64,000 bases of DNA from Bacilli bacterium (GTDB lineage Bacteria > Bacillota_I > Bacilli_A > RFN20 > UBA1709): assembly GCA_050949315.1 (NCBI GenBank), contig JBMNFL010000001.1, positions 672,001-736,000 on the forward strand, in the 5' to 3' direction. A program made the position numbers and the translations under genes. Below are positions 39,430 through 49,096 of the stretch, in pieces. Each line of letters starts with the position of its first letter. The first letter of the stretch is position 1. Under the pieces are notes generated by a model. It ran no database searches. It was given only the letters and a program-made list of their open reading frames with translations, and was not told the origin of the DNA.

Positions 39430-42249
39430 CTATTTCAAAACTTTCACTAAATATTGTCCTGTATAACTTTTTACATTCTTAGCGACTTCTTCTGGCGTGC
39501 CGACTGCTACAATTTCGCCCCCCGCATCGCCACCATCTGGACCTAAATCAATAATATAATCGGCATTTTTAATTACATCTAAATTATGCTCAATGACAAT
39601 GATTGTATCACCATTATCCACTATTCGGTGTAAAACATTTAAAAGTCTTTTTACATCATCGTTGTGTAAACCGGTAGTTGGCTCATCTAGAATATAAAGT
39701 GTCTGACCCGTAGCCTTTCTTTGTAATTCCGAAGCTAACTTAAGTCTTTGCGCTTCCCCTCCTGATAAGGTTGTTGCCGATTGACCTAGTTTTATGTAAC
39801 CTAAACCTACATCATATAAGGTTTGGATTCTTCTTTTGATGTTGGGAATATTTTCAAAAAAGTCTAAAGCTTCTTCGACAGTCATTTCTAAAACATCATA
39901 AATATTTTTCTCTTTGTATGTCACTTGCAATGTTTCTTCAGAATACCTTTTACCATCGCATTCCTCACAGCGGACATAAACATCAGGTAAAAAATGCATT
40001 GGAACTCTAATAACACCATCGCCTCTACAATGCTCACAGCGTCCGCCCTTAACATTGAAAGAGAAGCGGGACTTATCATATCCACGAATGCGCGCTTCTT
40101 TTGTCAAAGAGAAAACTGTGCGAATAAAATCAAAAACCCCTGTATAAGTAGCGGGATTAGAACGCGGAGTCCTGCCAATTGGTTCTTGAGTAACCTCAAT
40201 TATTTTGTCAATGTTTTCCATTCCCTTAATTTCTTTTACTTCTAAAGGTTTAACTTTTCGATTTCCCAAATTAAACATCACACTTTTACCAAGGGTATCA
40301 TTGATTAAAGTCGATTTACCAGAACCACTAACACCTGTGACAACAATAAATTTCCCAAGGGGTATTTCTACATCGATGTTTTTGAGATTGTTTCCTTTAG
40401 CGCCCAAAAGCTCAATCTTTTTGCCATTACCCTCTCTTCTTTTCTTAGGAATCTCAATTTTTTCTAGACCCGAAAGATAGCGACCCGTGATCGATTTGGA
40501 GTTTTTCATCACTTCTTCTGGCGTGCCGATGGCTACAATCTCCCCACCGTGAATGCCGCTTCCTGGGCCGATATCTACTAGATAATCCGCCGATAACATC
40601 GTTTCTTCATCGTGTTCAACAACGATTAAGGTATTTCCTAAATCGCGCATTTCTTTTAAGGCGCCAATAAGTTTAGCGTTATCTTTTTGATGAAGACCAA
40701 TAGATGGCTCATCTAATACATAAAGAACGCCTGTCAAACGCGAACCAATTTGGGTCGCTAATCGAATCCTTTGAGCTTCTCCGCCTGATAAAGAAGAGGC
40801 CGCCCGCGCCAAGGTCAAATATTCTAAGCCAACATCAATTAAAAAGGTAAGGCGACCAACTATTTCTTTAATGACCTGTCTTGAGATTTCTTTTTGGCTT
40901 TCATCTAATTCAACCTCAAGGAGAAATTTTCGAATATTTTTAACTGATAAAGCTGTTAATTGATAAATATTGAGCCCACCAATTCTGACAGCTAAGGCCT
41001 GTTCGTTTAATCTTTTCCCATTACAAGTAGGACAAATCGTATCTCCAATATAAGATCCATACCAATTACGCATCATTTCAGAATTTGTTTCCATGTACAA
41101 TCTTTCAATTTTGGTTTTTATACCCTCAATCGGGGCAAAGCGCTTCATAACATTGCCTGAACGAGTTTCAATTTGATAGCGAATTGGAACCTTGCTACCT
41201 AAAAGCAGGACCTCTTTTTCGTTTTCAGTAAAATATTTCCAAGGTAAATCGCAATCAATGCTGTAGTGTTTACATAAAACCATAAATTCTTGCCACTCAA
41301 TAATTTTACTACCCACCATATTGCGATAAAAATGAATGGCCCCTTCATTTATTGATAAATTTTCATCGGGAATTAACAGATTTAAATCAACTTCTTTTTT
41401 AATCCCTAAACCCAAACAATTTGGGCAAGCACCGAGCGGTGAATTAAAGGAAAAGAGTTTGGGTTCAAGCTTACCAATGGAAAAGCCACAATGCGGACAA
41501 GAAAAATTGGCCGAAAAAAGTAGTTCTTCATCACCGCAGATTGCTAAAGCTAAACCATTACTCCACTTTAAAGCTAGTTCTAGTGAATCCACGATTCGTC
41601 CGCGTTCTTCACTCTTGAGAATTAAGCGGTCAATGACAATATCTATGTCATGTTTTATGTTTTTATCCACTAATTCTAAATCTTCAATTAACTTAAATTC
41701 TTTATCAATCCGCACACGAATAAAGCCTGTTTTTAACAATCGATCGAAAAGATCTTTGTAGGTCCCTTTTTTCTGGCGGGCAACTGGTGACAAAATACCA
41801 ACTTTACTTCCTTGTGGATATGTTAATATTTTGTCTGCCATTTGTTTAACTGTTTGAGCGCTTATTGCGATATCATGGTAAGGACAATATGGTGTCCCAA
41901 TTCGGGCATACAAAAGTCTTAAATAATCATAAATTTCCGTAACCGTCCCTACTGTAGAACGGGGATTTTTGCTGGTTGATTTTTGATCAATAGCAATAGC
42001 AGGAGATAAACCCTCAATAGAATCAACATCTGGTTTATCAAAAGTCCCCAAAAACTGCCGAGCATAGGCGCTTAAAGATTCGATATAGCGGCGTTGGCCT
42101 TCAGCATAGATAGTATCAAAAGCCAAAGTGGTCTTGCCCGAGCCCGAAAGTCCTGTCATCACGATTAATTTATCTCTCGGTAGTTCAAGATTGATGTTTT
42201 TTAGATTGTTTTGTCTTGCACCTTTAATAATAATTTTGTTCCGTACCAT
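39430..42249 (-). CDS. uvrA: Excinuclease ABC subunit A
   Basis: Two ABC modules (GLSGSGKT, GVSGSGKS, LSGGEAQR twice) and zinc fingers. Confidence 0.97.
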   Translation of the reverse strand: MVRNKIIIKGARQNNLKNINLELPRDKLIVMTGLSGSGKTTLAFDTIYAEGQRRYIESLSAYARQFLGTFDKPDVDSIEGLSPAIAIDQKSTSKNPRSTVGTVTEIYDYLRLLYARIGTPYCPYHDIAISAQTVKQMADKILTYPQGSKVGILSPVARQKKGTYKDLFDRLLKTGFIRVRIDKEFKLIEDLELVDKNIKHDIDIVIDRLILKSEERGRIVDSLELALKWSNGLALAICGDEELLFSANFSCPHCGFSIGKLEPKLFSFNSPLGACPNCLGLGIKKEVDLNLLIPDENLSINEGAIHFYRNMVGSKIIEWQEFMVLCKHYSIDCDLPWKYFTENEKEVLLLGSKVPIRYQIETRSGNVMKRFAPIEGIKTKIERLYMETNSEMMRNWYGSYIGDTICPTCNGKRLNEQALAVRIGGLNIYQLTALSVKNIRKFLLEVELDESQKEISRQVIKEIVGRLTFLIDVGLEYLTLARAASSLSGGEAQRIRLATQIGSRLTGVLYVLDEPSIGLHQKDNAKLIGALKEMRDLGNTLIVVEHDEETMLSADYLVDIGPGSGIHGGEIVAIGTPEEVMKNSKSITGRYLSGLEKIEIPKKRREGNGKKIELLGAKGNNLKNIDVEIPLGKFIVVTGVSGSGKSTLINDTLGKSVMFNLGNRKVKPLEVKEIKGMENIDKIIEVTQEPIGRTPRSNPATYTGVFDFIRTVFSLTKEARIRGYDKSRFSFNVKGGRCEHCRGDGVIRVPMHFLPDVYVRCEECDGKRYSEETLQVTYKEKNIYDVLEMTVEEALDFFENIPNIKRRIQTLYDVGLGYIKLGQSATTLSGGEAQRLKLASELQRKATGQTLYILDEPTTGLHNDDVKRLLNVLHRIVDNGDTIIVIEHNLDVIKNADYIIDLGPDGGDAGGEIVAVGTPEEVAKNVKSYTGQYLVKVLK

Positions 42250-42302
42250 AATTTACTAACCTCATAAGTGACACCCTTCATCTTAACACATTAATAGGGA
42301 TT

Positions 42303-42330
42303 AAAAAAGTATTTGGCTCAGCAAATACTT
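42303..42330 (-). terminator. Intrinsic terminator of the Crp/ABC operon
   Basis: AAGTATTTG/CAAATACTT stem with A-run. Confidence 0.7.
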
Positions 42331-42332
42331 AA

Positions 42333-42977
42333 TTACAATATTTTTTCAAGTGTCTTTCTTAATTCATCGACATTTTTAAAGTCGCTTTTCCGAAAATCTC
42401 CCTTGATTACTAAGGGGCGTTCTCCCACCACAACAATACGATCAGCTAGTAAAAAAGCCTCTTCAAGATTATGCGTAATTAAAAGAACAGATTTCCCTTC
42501 TATCTTGCTTTTTAAAATATTCAAACTTTTCTCCATAGTCTTTATATCTAAACCCTGCGCTGGTTCATCTAAATAGAAAACATCGCCACCATAAGCCAGG
42601 GCTCTAGCTATTGACAAACGTCTCTTCATCCCGCCTGATAATTCAGCGGGAAAAAGATCTTTCGCTTCTTCTAAACCAAACTCTTTTAAAAACTCTAAAG
42701 CCGTCTTTTCACTAACGCCAAGCAATTCAATATTTTTAAGGGCGCTAAACCACGGTAATAAAACTTCTTCTTGAAAGACAAAACTTGCGCGGCCAGTAAA
42801 GCTTTCAACCACGCCGCTCTGTGGCTTAATTAAGCCGGCAGCAAGTTTTAATAAAGTTGTCTTTCCGCTCCCAGAAGGGCCCAAAATACAAGTTGTTTCA
42901 TTAACTTGGGCTTCAAAATTAAAATTTTTAAATAGTTCGTTTTCATAAGAAAAAGAAACATTTTTAAATTTAAGCAT
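42333..42977 (-). CDS. ABC transporter ATP-binding protein (NitT/TauT family)
   Basis: GPSGSGKT, FQE..LLPW, LSGGMKRR, LDEP, ITH. Confidence 0.88.
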   Translation of the reverse strand: MLKFKNVSFSYENELFKNFNFEAQVNETTCILGPSGSGKTTLLKLAAGLIKPQSGVVESFTGRASFVFQEEVLLPWFSALKNIELLGVSEKTALEFLKEFGLEEAKDLFPAELSGGMKRRLSIARALAYGGDVFYLDEPAQGLDIKTMEKSLNILKSKIEGKSVLLITHNLEEAFLLADRIVVVGERPLVIKGDFRKSDFKNVDELRKTLEKIL

Positions 42978-43722
42978 GAAATCTACCCTCCCTTTTAATT
43001 AAAAAGAGAATAAATTTTTCAACCAAGATACTAAGCAAAACAACAAGTAGTGTCCAAGCAAATAAATCGGTAGTTTCTAGGTAGATTTTTGAATTATATA
43101 AGGCTGCCCCTATCGACTCTTTATAAGGGGCAATTACTTCAGCAGCAATACCTGCTTTCCAAGCCATTCCAACCGCAACATTCATTGCTGCCAGAAAATA
43201 CGGTTTTACAGAAGGAATAACAATTTTTCTTAAAATCTTAGGACGGGACATTTTGAAAGCTTTTGCTAGTTCAAGATAACTTTTGTCAATAGAGTATAAA
43301 CCTTTTTCAACATTTGCCCAAATTGTTGGCAAAACAATTAATGCGCTAGTTAAGATTGGAACATTCCCAACGTTAATCCAAATAATTGCTAAAATAATAA
43401 AAGAAGCTACCGGTGTTGCCTTTGCAAAATGCATCACTGGTTTTAATAAAGCAGAAGCTGTCTTGAATTTATAGGTTAAAAAAGCAATTATAATTCCAAC
43501 AATCGTTCCAATAATTAAGCCCAAAGCAACCCGAAGCAGTGATGTGCCAATAGCTAACCAAAAATAATTTTCACTTATTAAAACGCCCAGTCTTTCCAAA
43601 ACCACAATCGGGGTAGGCACTAGGATTTCTTTGTTTATAATCATGGCTATGCCTTGCCAAACAAGGAGCCAAAAAATTAGCACCAAAGCAAAGCGAAGTT
43701 GTTTCTGGTAATGTACTTTCAT
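42970..43722 (-). CDS. ABC transporter permease (NitT/TauT family)
   Basis: SLLRV, TPVASFI, WKAGIAAEV. Confidence 0.85.
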   Translation of the reverse strand: MKVHYQKQLRFALVLIFWLLVWQGIAMIINKEILVPTPIVVLERLGVLISENYFWLAIGTSLLRVALGLIIGTIVGIIIAFLTYKFKTASALLKPVMHFAKATPVASFIILAIIWINVGNVPILTSALIVLPTIWANVEKGLYSIDKSYLELAKAFKMSRPKILRKIVIPSVKPYFLAAMNVAVGMAWKAGIAAEVIAPYKESIGAALYNSKIYLETTDLFAWTLLVVLLSILVEKFILFLIKREGRFHA

Positions 43723-43732
43723 TATTCTTCCC

Positions 43733-44680
43733 CTAATAATTTAAATAAAAATCTGCTGTGGGTAATTTGCCTCCAACACTCATTGGTTTAGCTGCATATA
43801 AAACACCCAAAAAATTAGTTAAGGGTTCTTTGTAACTCGTTCCGTGTTTCCAGACAATATTACACCTTGGCAAAGCCGCTTCGGCAACACTGGCTTTTGC
43901 AATATCATATTTTTCAATCAAGTCGGCGGCAGCCTTTAAATTTTTATTGACGTAATTAACACTACTCTGATATTCCTTAACAAAATTTTTAACGGCCTGC
44001 TCATGTTCTTGAACAAAGGTCTTGCGAACAGCAATTCCCCCCATCATTAATTCCCCAACATCTAATTTTCCCCACTCTTCGCTTAAATTAATAGCTACTT
44101 TAAAATTTTGATCTTTGCTAGTCACGGTTGTAACAAAGGGTTCTGGTAACATCGCGATTGTATAATTTCCGTTGAGAAGCTGGGTTGCCGCCTCGCTATG
44201 TTCGCTGGCCCAAACCATTTCCACAGTAACTTCGTTCTCCACCAATATATAATTTAAAATGTGTTCAGCTGTGCTGCCTTTACCTGAAGCAAGGATTGTT
44301 TTTCCTTCTAAATCAGCAAGGCTATTAATCGTTGATCCATTTTCTATAATATATAAAACACCTAAAGTATTTACACCGAGTATTTGAATTTCCCCATCGG
44401 TTTTGCTATTTAAGGTGGCAATTAAATTTGTTGGCAAGGCCGCCATATCTAAATCTCCACTGATTAAACGACCCGTCAATTCGTCAACAGCACCAGCAAT
44501 AGTAAAATCATAAATGTTTTTTGTCTTTTTATCCTCGTTCTGCGCCATTAAATAGGCGGCCCCCATTCCTGTAGGGCCTTTCAAAAAGCCGATTTTGACT
44601 TCTTCTTTTGTTGTCGAACAAGCCGATAGTCCCAAAACTAACAAACATAAGCCTAAAAAAGATAATAAGATTTTTTTCAT
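43733..44680 (-). CDS. ABC transporter substrate-binding lipoprotein (NitT/TauT family)
   Basis: Lipobox LSAC; KGPTGMG, LPTN, NTLGVLY, LPEPFVT, GGKLP. Confidence 0.85.
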   Translation of the reverse strand: MKKILLSFLGLCLLVLGLSACSTTKEEVKIGFLKGPTGMGAAYLMAQNEDKKTKNIYDFTIAGAVDELTGRLISGDLDMAALPTNLIATLNSKTDGEIQILGVNTLGVLYIIENGSTINSLADLEGKTILASGKGSTAEHILNYILVENEVTVEMVWASEHSEAATQLLNGNYTIAMLPEPFVTTVTSKDQNFKVAINLSEEWGKLDVGELMMGGIAVRKTFVQEHEQAVKNFVKEYQSSVNYVNKNLKAAADLIEKYDIAKASVAEAALPRCNIVWKHGTSYKEPLTNFLGVLYAAKPMSVGGKLPTADFYLNY

Positions 44681-44684
44681 TTTC

Positions 44685-45332
44685 TTAATTAATAAAGGTT
44701 ACTTTATTATTCTCCTTTCTGATTATTTTTTTATCCTCTAAATCTTTAAAACAACGATAAAGACTCGCTCGCCCAATACCCAAAACATCGGCCAATTCCG
44801 ACATAGAACAAGGCAAAATTAAATCCTGGTTTTCTTGGGCTTGCATTTTTAACCATAAATAGAGTTTTTCACTGGCATCTCCTCCAGTAAAAGTTCTAAT
44901 TTTCTGATTTAAAAAATGAATTTTTTGCGAAAGGAGTTTAACATAGGCTTTAACAAAGTCCAATTCACTTTCCAATAATTGCTCAACAATTTCTTTAGGA
45001 ATTATTAAAAGACGACATCTTTTTCTAGCAATTATTTTAGAAGGATATTCGCTTGTTTCATAAAACAAACTCGCCATTCCAAAAAGATCGTTTTCTTTAA
45101 GACAATTGATAAAAGTCTCTTTTTGGTTAAGTCCGCTTTTTAATACATTGACTCGACCAGAAAGAATTAGAATGAGACTGCGCTCAAATTCTTGCGGTGT
45201 CAAAATTTCTTCGCCTCTTTGATAAGTCTTAATTAAAATTTGGCCATTAGTGATCAATTCTTTTAAATGTTGCGAATCGATCTTTGACAATAAAGCGTTC
45301 TTTTTAATAAGTTTTAATGCTTTGTTCATCAA
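44685..45332 (-). CDS. Crp/Fnr family transcriptional regulator
   Basis: cNMP-binding-fold N-terminal domain; C-terminal HTH ELADVLGIGRASLYR. Confidence 0.9.
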   Translation of the reverse strand: MMNKALKLIKKNALLSKIDSQHLKELITNGQILIKTYQRGEEILTPQEFERSLILILSGRVNVLKSGLNQKETFINCLKENDLFGMASLFYETSEYPSKIIARKRCRLLIIPKEIVEQLLESELDFVKAYVKLLSQKIHFLNQKIRTFTGGDASEKLYLWLKMQAQENQDLILPCSMSELADVLGIGRASLYRCFKDLEDKKIIRKENNKVTFIN

Positions 45333-45347
45333 AAAACCGCCCCTTTC

Positions 45348-45363
45348 TGTCTTATATGATACA
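45348..45363. promoter_or_regulatory. Candidate Crp/Fnr-type operator
   Basis: Imperfect palindrome TGTCTTAT-ATGATACA (TGT-N10-ACA) just upstream of the regulator RBS. Confidence 0.55.
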
Positions 45364-45396
45364 ATATCCTTTAATTGTTATCAATAAATAAAGACA

Positions 45397-45433
45397 TAAA
45401 AAACCACCTAGCATTTTTACTAAGTGGTTTTTA
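45397..45433 (-). terminator. Terminator of the hydrogenase operon
   Basis: AAAAACCAC-C-TAG / CTA-A-GTGGTTTTT hairpin about 20 nt after the hydA stop. Confidence 0.75.
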
Positions 45434-45451
45434 TTTTCAATAAATATTCTT

Positions 45452-47176
45452 TTAAATATCAACGTGACTTTTATCAGTATAGTGGGTATGGAATAATTTG
45501 TGAGCAATTCCTTCTCCGGGTTTAACACCCAGATCTTGGTAGAATTCCTTAATCGCTGGATTTTTATGGGATTGACGAACGGGTAATTTTTCAGCATCAA
45601 TTTTATAAAGAGCTTTTCTACGAGCTGATATTTTAGCCCAATTGCGATAGGCGTTGCCGCCTCCACCAATACAACCACCTGGACAAGCCATAATCTCAAT
45701 AAAATGATAATCGGCTTTGCCTTCTTTAATTAATTCCATAATCTTTCTTGCATTAGCAAGACCAGAGGTGACACAAACCTTTACTGGAAGATCGCCAACT
45801 TGAATTGTGGCTTCTCTTGTCCCTTTTAAGCCACGGACCATTGTAAAGTCAATGTTTTCTAAATCCTTACCTGTTACAATTTCATAAACCGTTCTCAAGG
45901 CCGCTTCCATAACTCCGCCTGTCGCTCCAAAAATGACTCCAGCGCCAGAACCTAAACCGAAAGGCTTATCAAATTCACTCTCTGGTAAGGCCCCAAAATC
46001 AATGTTGGCACTCTTAATCATTTTAGCTAATTCCTGAACTGTTAAAACGCAGTCAACATCTTGATAGTTATTACGACCTAATTCTGGTCTTTTGGCTTCA
46101 TATTTTTTGGCAGTACAAGGCATAATTGATAAACTGAACATTTCTTGTGGAGTTTTGCCTATTTTCTTAGAATACCATTCTTTAATAATGGCTCCAAACA
46201 TCCCCTGAGGTGATTTAGCCGTTGATAAATGTCCAAGTTGTTCAGGATAAAAGGTCTCACAGAATTTTACCCAGGCCGGTGAACAAGAAGTAATCATTGG
46301 CAAAACACCACCATTAGTTAAGCGTTCAATTAATTCTGTTCCTTCTTCCATAATTGTTAAGTCGGCCGTAAAATCAGTATCAAAAACATAGTCAACGCCC
46401 AACATTTTAAGAGCCGTTACTAAACGACCAACACTAATGGTTCCACTTTCTTCACCTAAGGCTTCGGCAATATTTACTCTAACGGCCGGTGCTACTTGAG
46501 CTACCACGACCTTCTTGGGGTCGTTAATTGCCGCCCAGGCTTCTTCGGTATCATCACGAATTGTTAAAGCCCCAGTAGGACAAGCTTGAACACATTGTCC
46601 ACAATTGACACAGATGCTCTCGTCAAAGGGCATATCAAAAGGTGTGGAAAAATAAGTTTCAAAGCCACGATGTTTGCGTGATAAAACATGAACTGCTTGA
46701 TATTGACTACAGGCCCATTCACAGCGCCCACAGGCAATACATTTGGAAGGATCGCGAACAATAGAAGGGCTGGACATATCAATTCCCTCTCCTCTTACGC
46801 GCAAGGGGAAGCGATTTTCCTCATTAAATCCATAATGGGCGGCCAAAGTTTGTAATTCACAACTTTGATTGCGCGCACAATGTAAACAATCTTGGTTATG
46901 ATGGGCTAGTATCAGTTCTAGTACCATCTTCCGCGCTTTTCTTACTCTTTCGGTATTGGTGTGAACGACCATGCCATCAAAACAACGGAAAGAGCAGGCC
47001 GGTTGTAAAACTCTTTGGCCTTCAACCTCAACAACACAAACCCGACAATGGGCCTTAACATCTTGATCAGGATGATGGCAAAGCGTTGGTAATTTGATAC
47101 CAATTTGTTGGGCTGCTTCTAAAATTGTCATCCCTTCTTGAACTTCAATAACTTGGTTGTTTATAGTAACTTTCAT
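45452..47176 (-). CDS. hydA: [FeFe]-hydrogenase group A catalytic subunit
   Basis: N-terminal 2Fe-2S, His-ligated 4Fe-4S (HNQDCLHC) and two 4Fe-4S; H-cluster motifs TSCSPAW, MPCTAKKYE, EIMACPGGCIGGGG. Confidence 0.95.
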   Translation of the reverse strand: MKVTINNQVIEVQEGMTILEAAQQIGIKLPTLCHHPDQDVKAHCRVCVVEVEGQRVLQPACSFRCFDGMVVHTNTERVRKARKMVLELILAHHNQDCLHCARNQSCELQTLAAHYGFNEENRFPLRVRGEGIDMSSPSIVRDPSKCIACGRCEWACSQYQAVHVLSRKHRGFETYFSTPFDMPFDESICVNCGQCVQACPTGALTIRDDTEEAWAAINDPKKVVVAQVAPAVRVNIAEALGEESGTISVGRLVTALKMLGVDYVFDTDFTADLTIMEEGTELIERLTNGGVLPMITSCSPAWVKFCETFYPEQLGHLSTAKSPQGMFGAIIKEWYSKKIGKTPQEMFSLSIMPCTAKKYEAKRPELGRNNYQDVDCVLTVQELAKMIKSANIDFGALPESEFDKPFGLGSGAGVIFGATGGVMEAALRTVYEIVTGKDLENIDFTMVRGLKGTREATIQVGDLPVKVCVTSGLANARKIMELIKEGKADYHFIEIMACPGGCIGGGGNAYRNWAKISARRKALYKIDAEKLPVRQSHKNPAIKEFYQDLGVKPGEGIAHKLFHTHYTDKSHVDI

Positions 47177-48429
47177 GATTGATGACCTCCCTTCATGTTT
47201 TTCGTAAACTCGGGTCGGAAAAATCTAATAACCGACTGCAGCGGTTTGGCGGAAGCTTGTCCTAAACCACATAAAGAGGTATCGCACATGACTTCTGATA
47301 ATTCTTCCATTAATTCCAAATCTTCTAAAACGGCGGTTCCGTCCTTAAATTTCCTAATTAATTCTAACAAGCGGCGATTTCCTTCGCGACAAGGTGTGCA
47401 CTGGCCACAGGACTCTTCATCGAAAAATTCAGTTAAATTTTCAACGACATCAATAATGTCTTGATCTTCATCAATAAACATCAAATCCCCAGCTCCAAAA
47501 GTGGCCCCAACCGCATTACAGGGATCAATATCAAAAGGTGTATCTAACAAAGATGGGGGAATTATATTTCCAGAAGCTCCGCCTGTTTGAATGGCTTTTA
47601 ACTTCTTACCATTAGGACAGCCGCCGCCAACCTTCTCAAAAAGTTCGCGAATAGTGATTCCTATTGGAAACTCATAAACTCCTGGATTTTTAATATTGCC
47701 AGAAAGAGTGTATAACTTTGTTCCTGGATTATTTTTTGAACCATATTTACGGAATTCCTCAACACCATCTTTAATAATAAGCGGTACATTAACAAAGGTC
47801 TCTACATTATTAATAATTGTTGGTTTTTGCCATAAACCTTCAACACCAGGGTATGGTGGTTTATAACGTGGCTCGCCCCGTTTGCCTTCAATGGATTCTA
47901 ACATTGCGGTTTCTTCACCACAAACATAGGCTCCCGCCCCTAGGCGAACTTCTATATCAAAATCATATTTACTACCCATGATTTTTTTACCAAGATAGCC
48001 TTGGGCCTTAGCTTCGGCAATGGCCTTTTCTAAATTCTCTCTTAAATATACATATTCGGCTCGCAAATATATGTAAGCCTTGGTTGAACCAACAGCCACA
48101 CCCGAAATCGCCATGCCTTCAAGCATCAAATGTGGGACTTTTTCAATTATAACTCGGTCTTTATTAGTCCCTGGTTCACCTTCATCAGCGTTACAAACAA
48201 CATATTTAACATCTGCTTTGGTATTCTTTACAAAGGACCATTTTTGCCCGACACCAAAACCCGCTCCGCCCCGGCCTCTTAGCCCAGAAGCTTTCATGGT
48301 GTCTATAATTTTGTCGGGATTCTCTACCGCTTTTCTTAAAGCTTCGTAGCCCCCAACTTTGACATAATCTTTAACACTGACTGGATCAATTTTATCAGCA
48401 TAACGAAGGATTTTTAATGTTTGTTTCAT
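47173..48429 (-). CDS. hydB: Hydrogenase NADH/FMN-binding beta subunit (NuoF-like, short form)
   Basis: GLRGRGGAGF, NADEGEPGTNKDR, GAYVCGEET, NNVET, ESCGQCTPCREG, SLCGLG. Confidence 0.92.
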   Translation of the reverse strand: MKQTLKILRYADKIDPVSVKDYVKVGGYEALRKAVENPDKIIDTMKASGLRGRGGAGFGVGQKWSFVKNTKADVKYVVCNADEGEPGTNKDRVIIEKVPHLMLEGMAISGVAVGSTKAYIYLRAEYVYLRENLEKAIAEAKAQGYLGKKIMGSKYDFDIEVRLGAGAYVCGEETAMLESIEGKRGEPRYKPPYPGVEGLWQKPTIINNVETFVNVPLIIKDGVEEFRKYGSKNNPGTKLYTLSGNIKNPGVYEFPIGITIRELFEKVGGGCPNGKKLKAIQTGGASGNIIPPSLLDTPFDIDPCNAVGATFGAGDLMFIDEDQDIIDVVENLTEFFDEESCGQCTPCREGNRRLLELIRKFKDGTAVLEDLELMEELSEVMCDTSLCGLGQASAKPLQSVIRFFRPEFTKNMKGGHQS

Positions 48430-48441
48430 TTCTTATCCCTC

Positions 48442-48924
48442 CTATTCAAACTTTGAGATAAGATCTTCAATGTCCTCGGGCTTAAGTGGACCAAAAACCT
48501 CATCGTTAATCATAATAGCTGGTGAGCGATCACAAATACCTAAACACTCACAGGTTTCTAAGGTAAACTTGCCATCATAAGTTGTTTCTCCAACTTTAAT
48601 ACCCAAGAATTTTTCCATGGCTGCTAAAACCTCTTGGGCTCCTTTGATGTGACAAGGAGCTGACTTACACATTCTAATTACATATTTTCCTCTTTTTTGA
48701 ACAGAGAAAAAGGCATAGAATGTGGCTACTGAATATACTTTTGCTTTAGGTATCCCCATTTCCTTAGAAATAACAGAGATAACTTCTTCTGGTACAGAAT
48801 TGCAGGCAATTTTCTGGACCTGCCCTAAAACTTCTACAAGCATATCTTCGCGGCCCTTGTATTGAGCGGCTAAGTTGGCAACTTGTTTCAGGGTTTCAGG
48901 GTCAATACGTCGACAATTATTCAT
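48442..48924 (-). CDS. hydC: Hydrogenase gamma subunit (NuoE-like, 2Fe-2S)
   Basis: VATFY, CKSAPC...CLGIC; ATG 48924 after GGAGGTG. Confidence 0.92.
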   Translation of the reverse strand: MNNCRRIDPETLKQVANLAAQYKGREDMLVEVLGQVQKIACNSVPEEVISVISKEMGIPKAKVYSVATFYAFFSVQKRGKYVIRMCKSAPCHIKGAQEVLAAMEKFLGIKVGETTYDGKFTLETCECLGICDRSPAIMINDEVFGPLKPEDIEDLISKFE

Positions 48925-49033
48925 AAAATACACCTCCGTCTAACAATAGTATCTACCTCTTTGTGTCTTTTTTCAAGGATTTTTTTATTTTTTGCGAATA
49001 ACCATTCATGTGTCGTTTTTGGTTTTATTCATC

Positions 49034-49064
49034 AAAAAAAATAATCTTTCAATGGAAAGATTAT
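49034..49064 (-). terminator. Terminator of the heavy-metal ATPase operon
   Basis: ATAATCTTTC/GAAAGATTAT perfect stem with A-run. Confidence 0.7.
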
Positions 49065-49096
49065 AACATATATAATTATTAATCGTTAAATTAATT

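Noticed and set aside
48934-49030. Rex operator upstream of the hydrogenase operon (TTGCGAATAACCATTCATG)
   Set aside because: Poor match and spacing relative to TTGTGAA-N4-TTCACAA.
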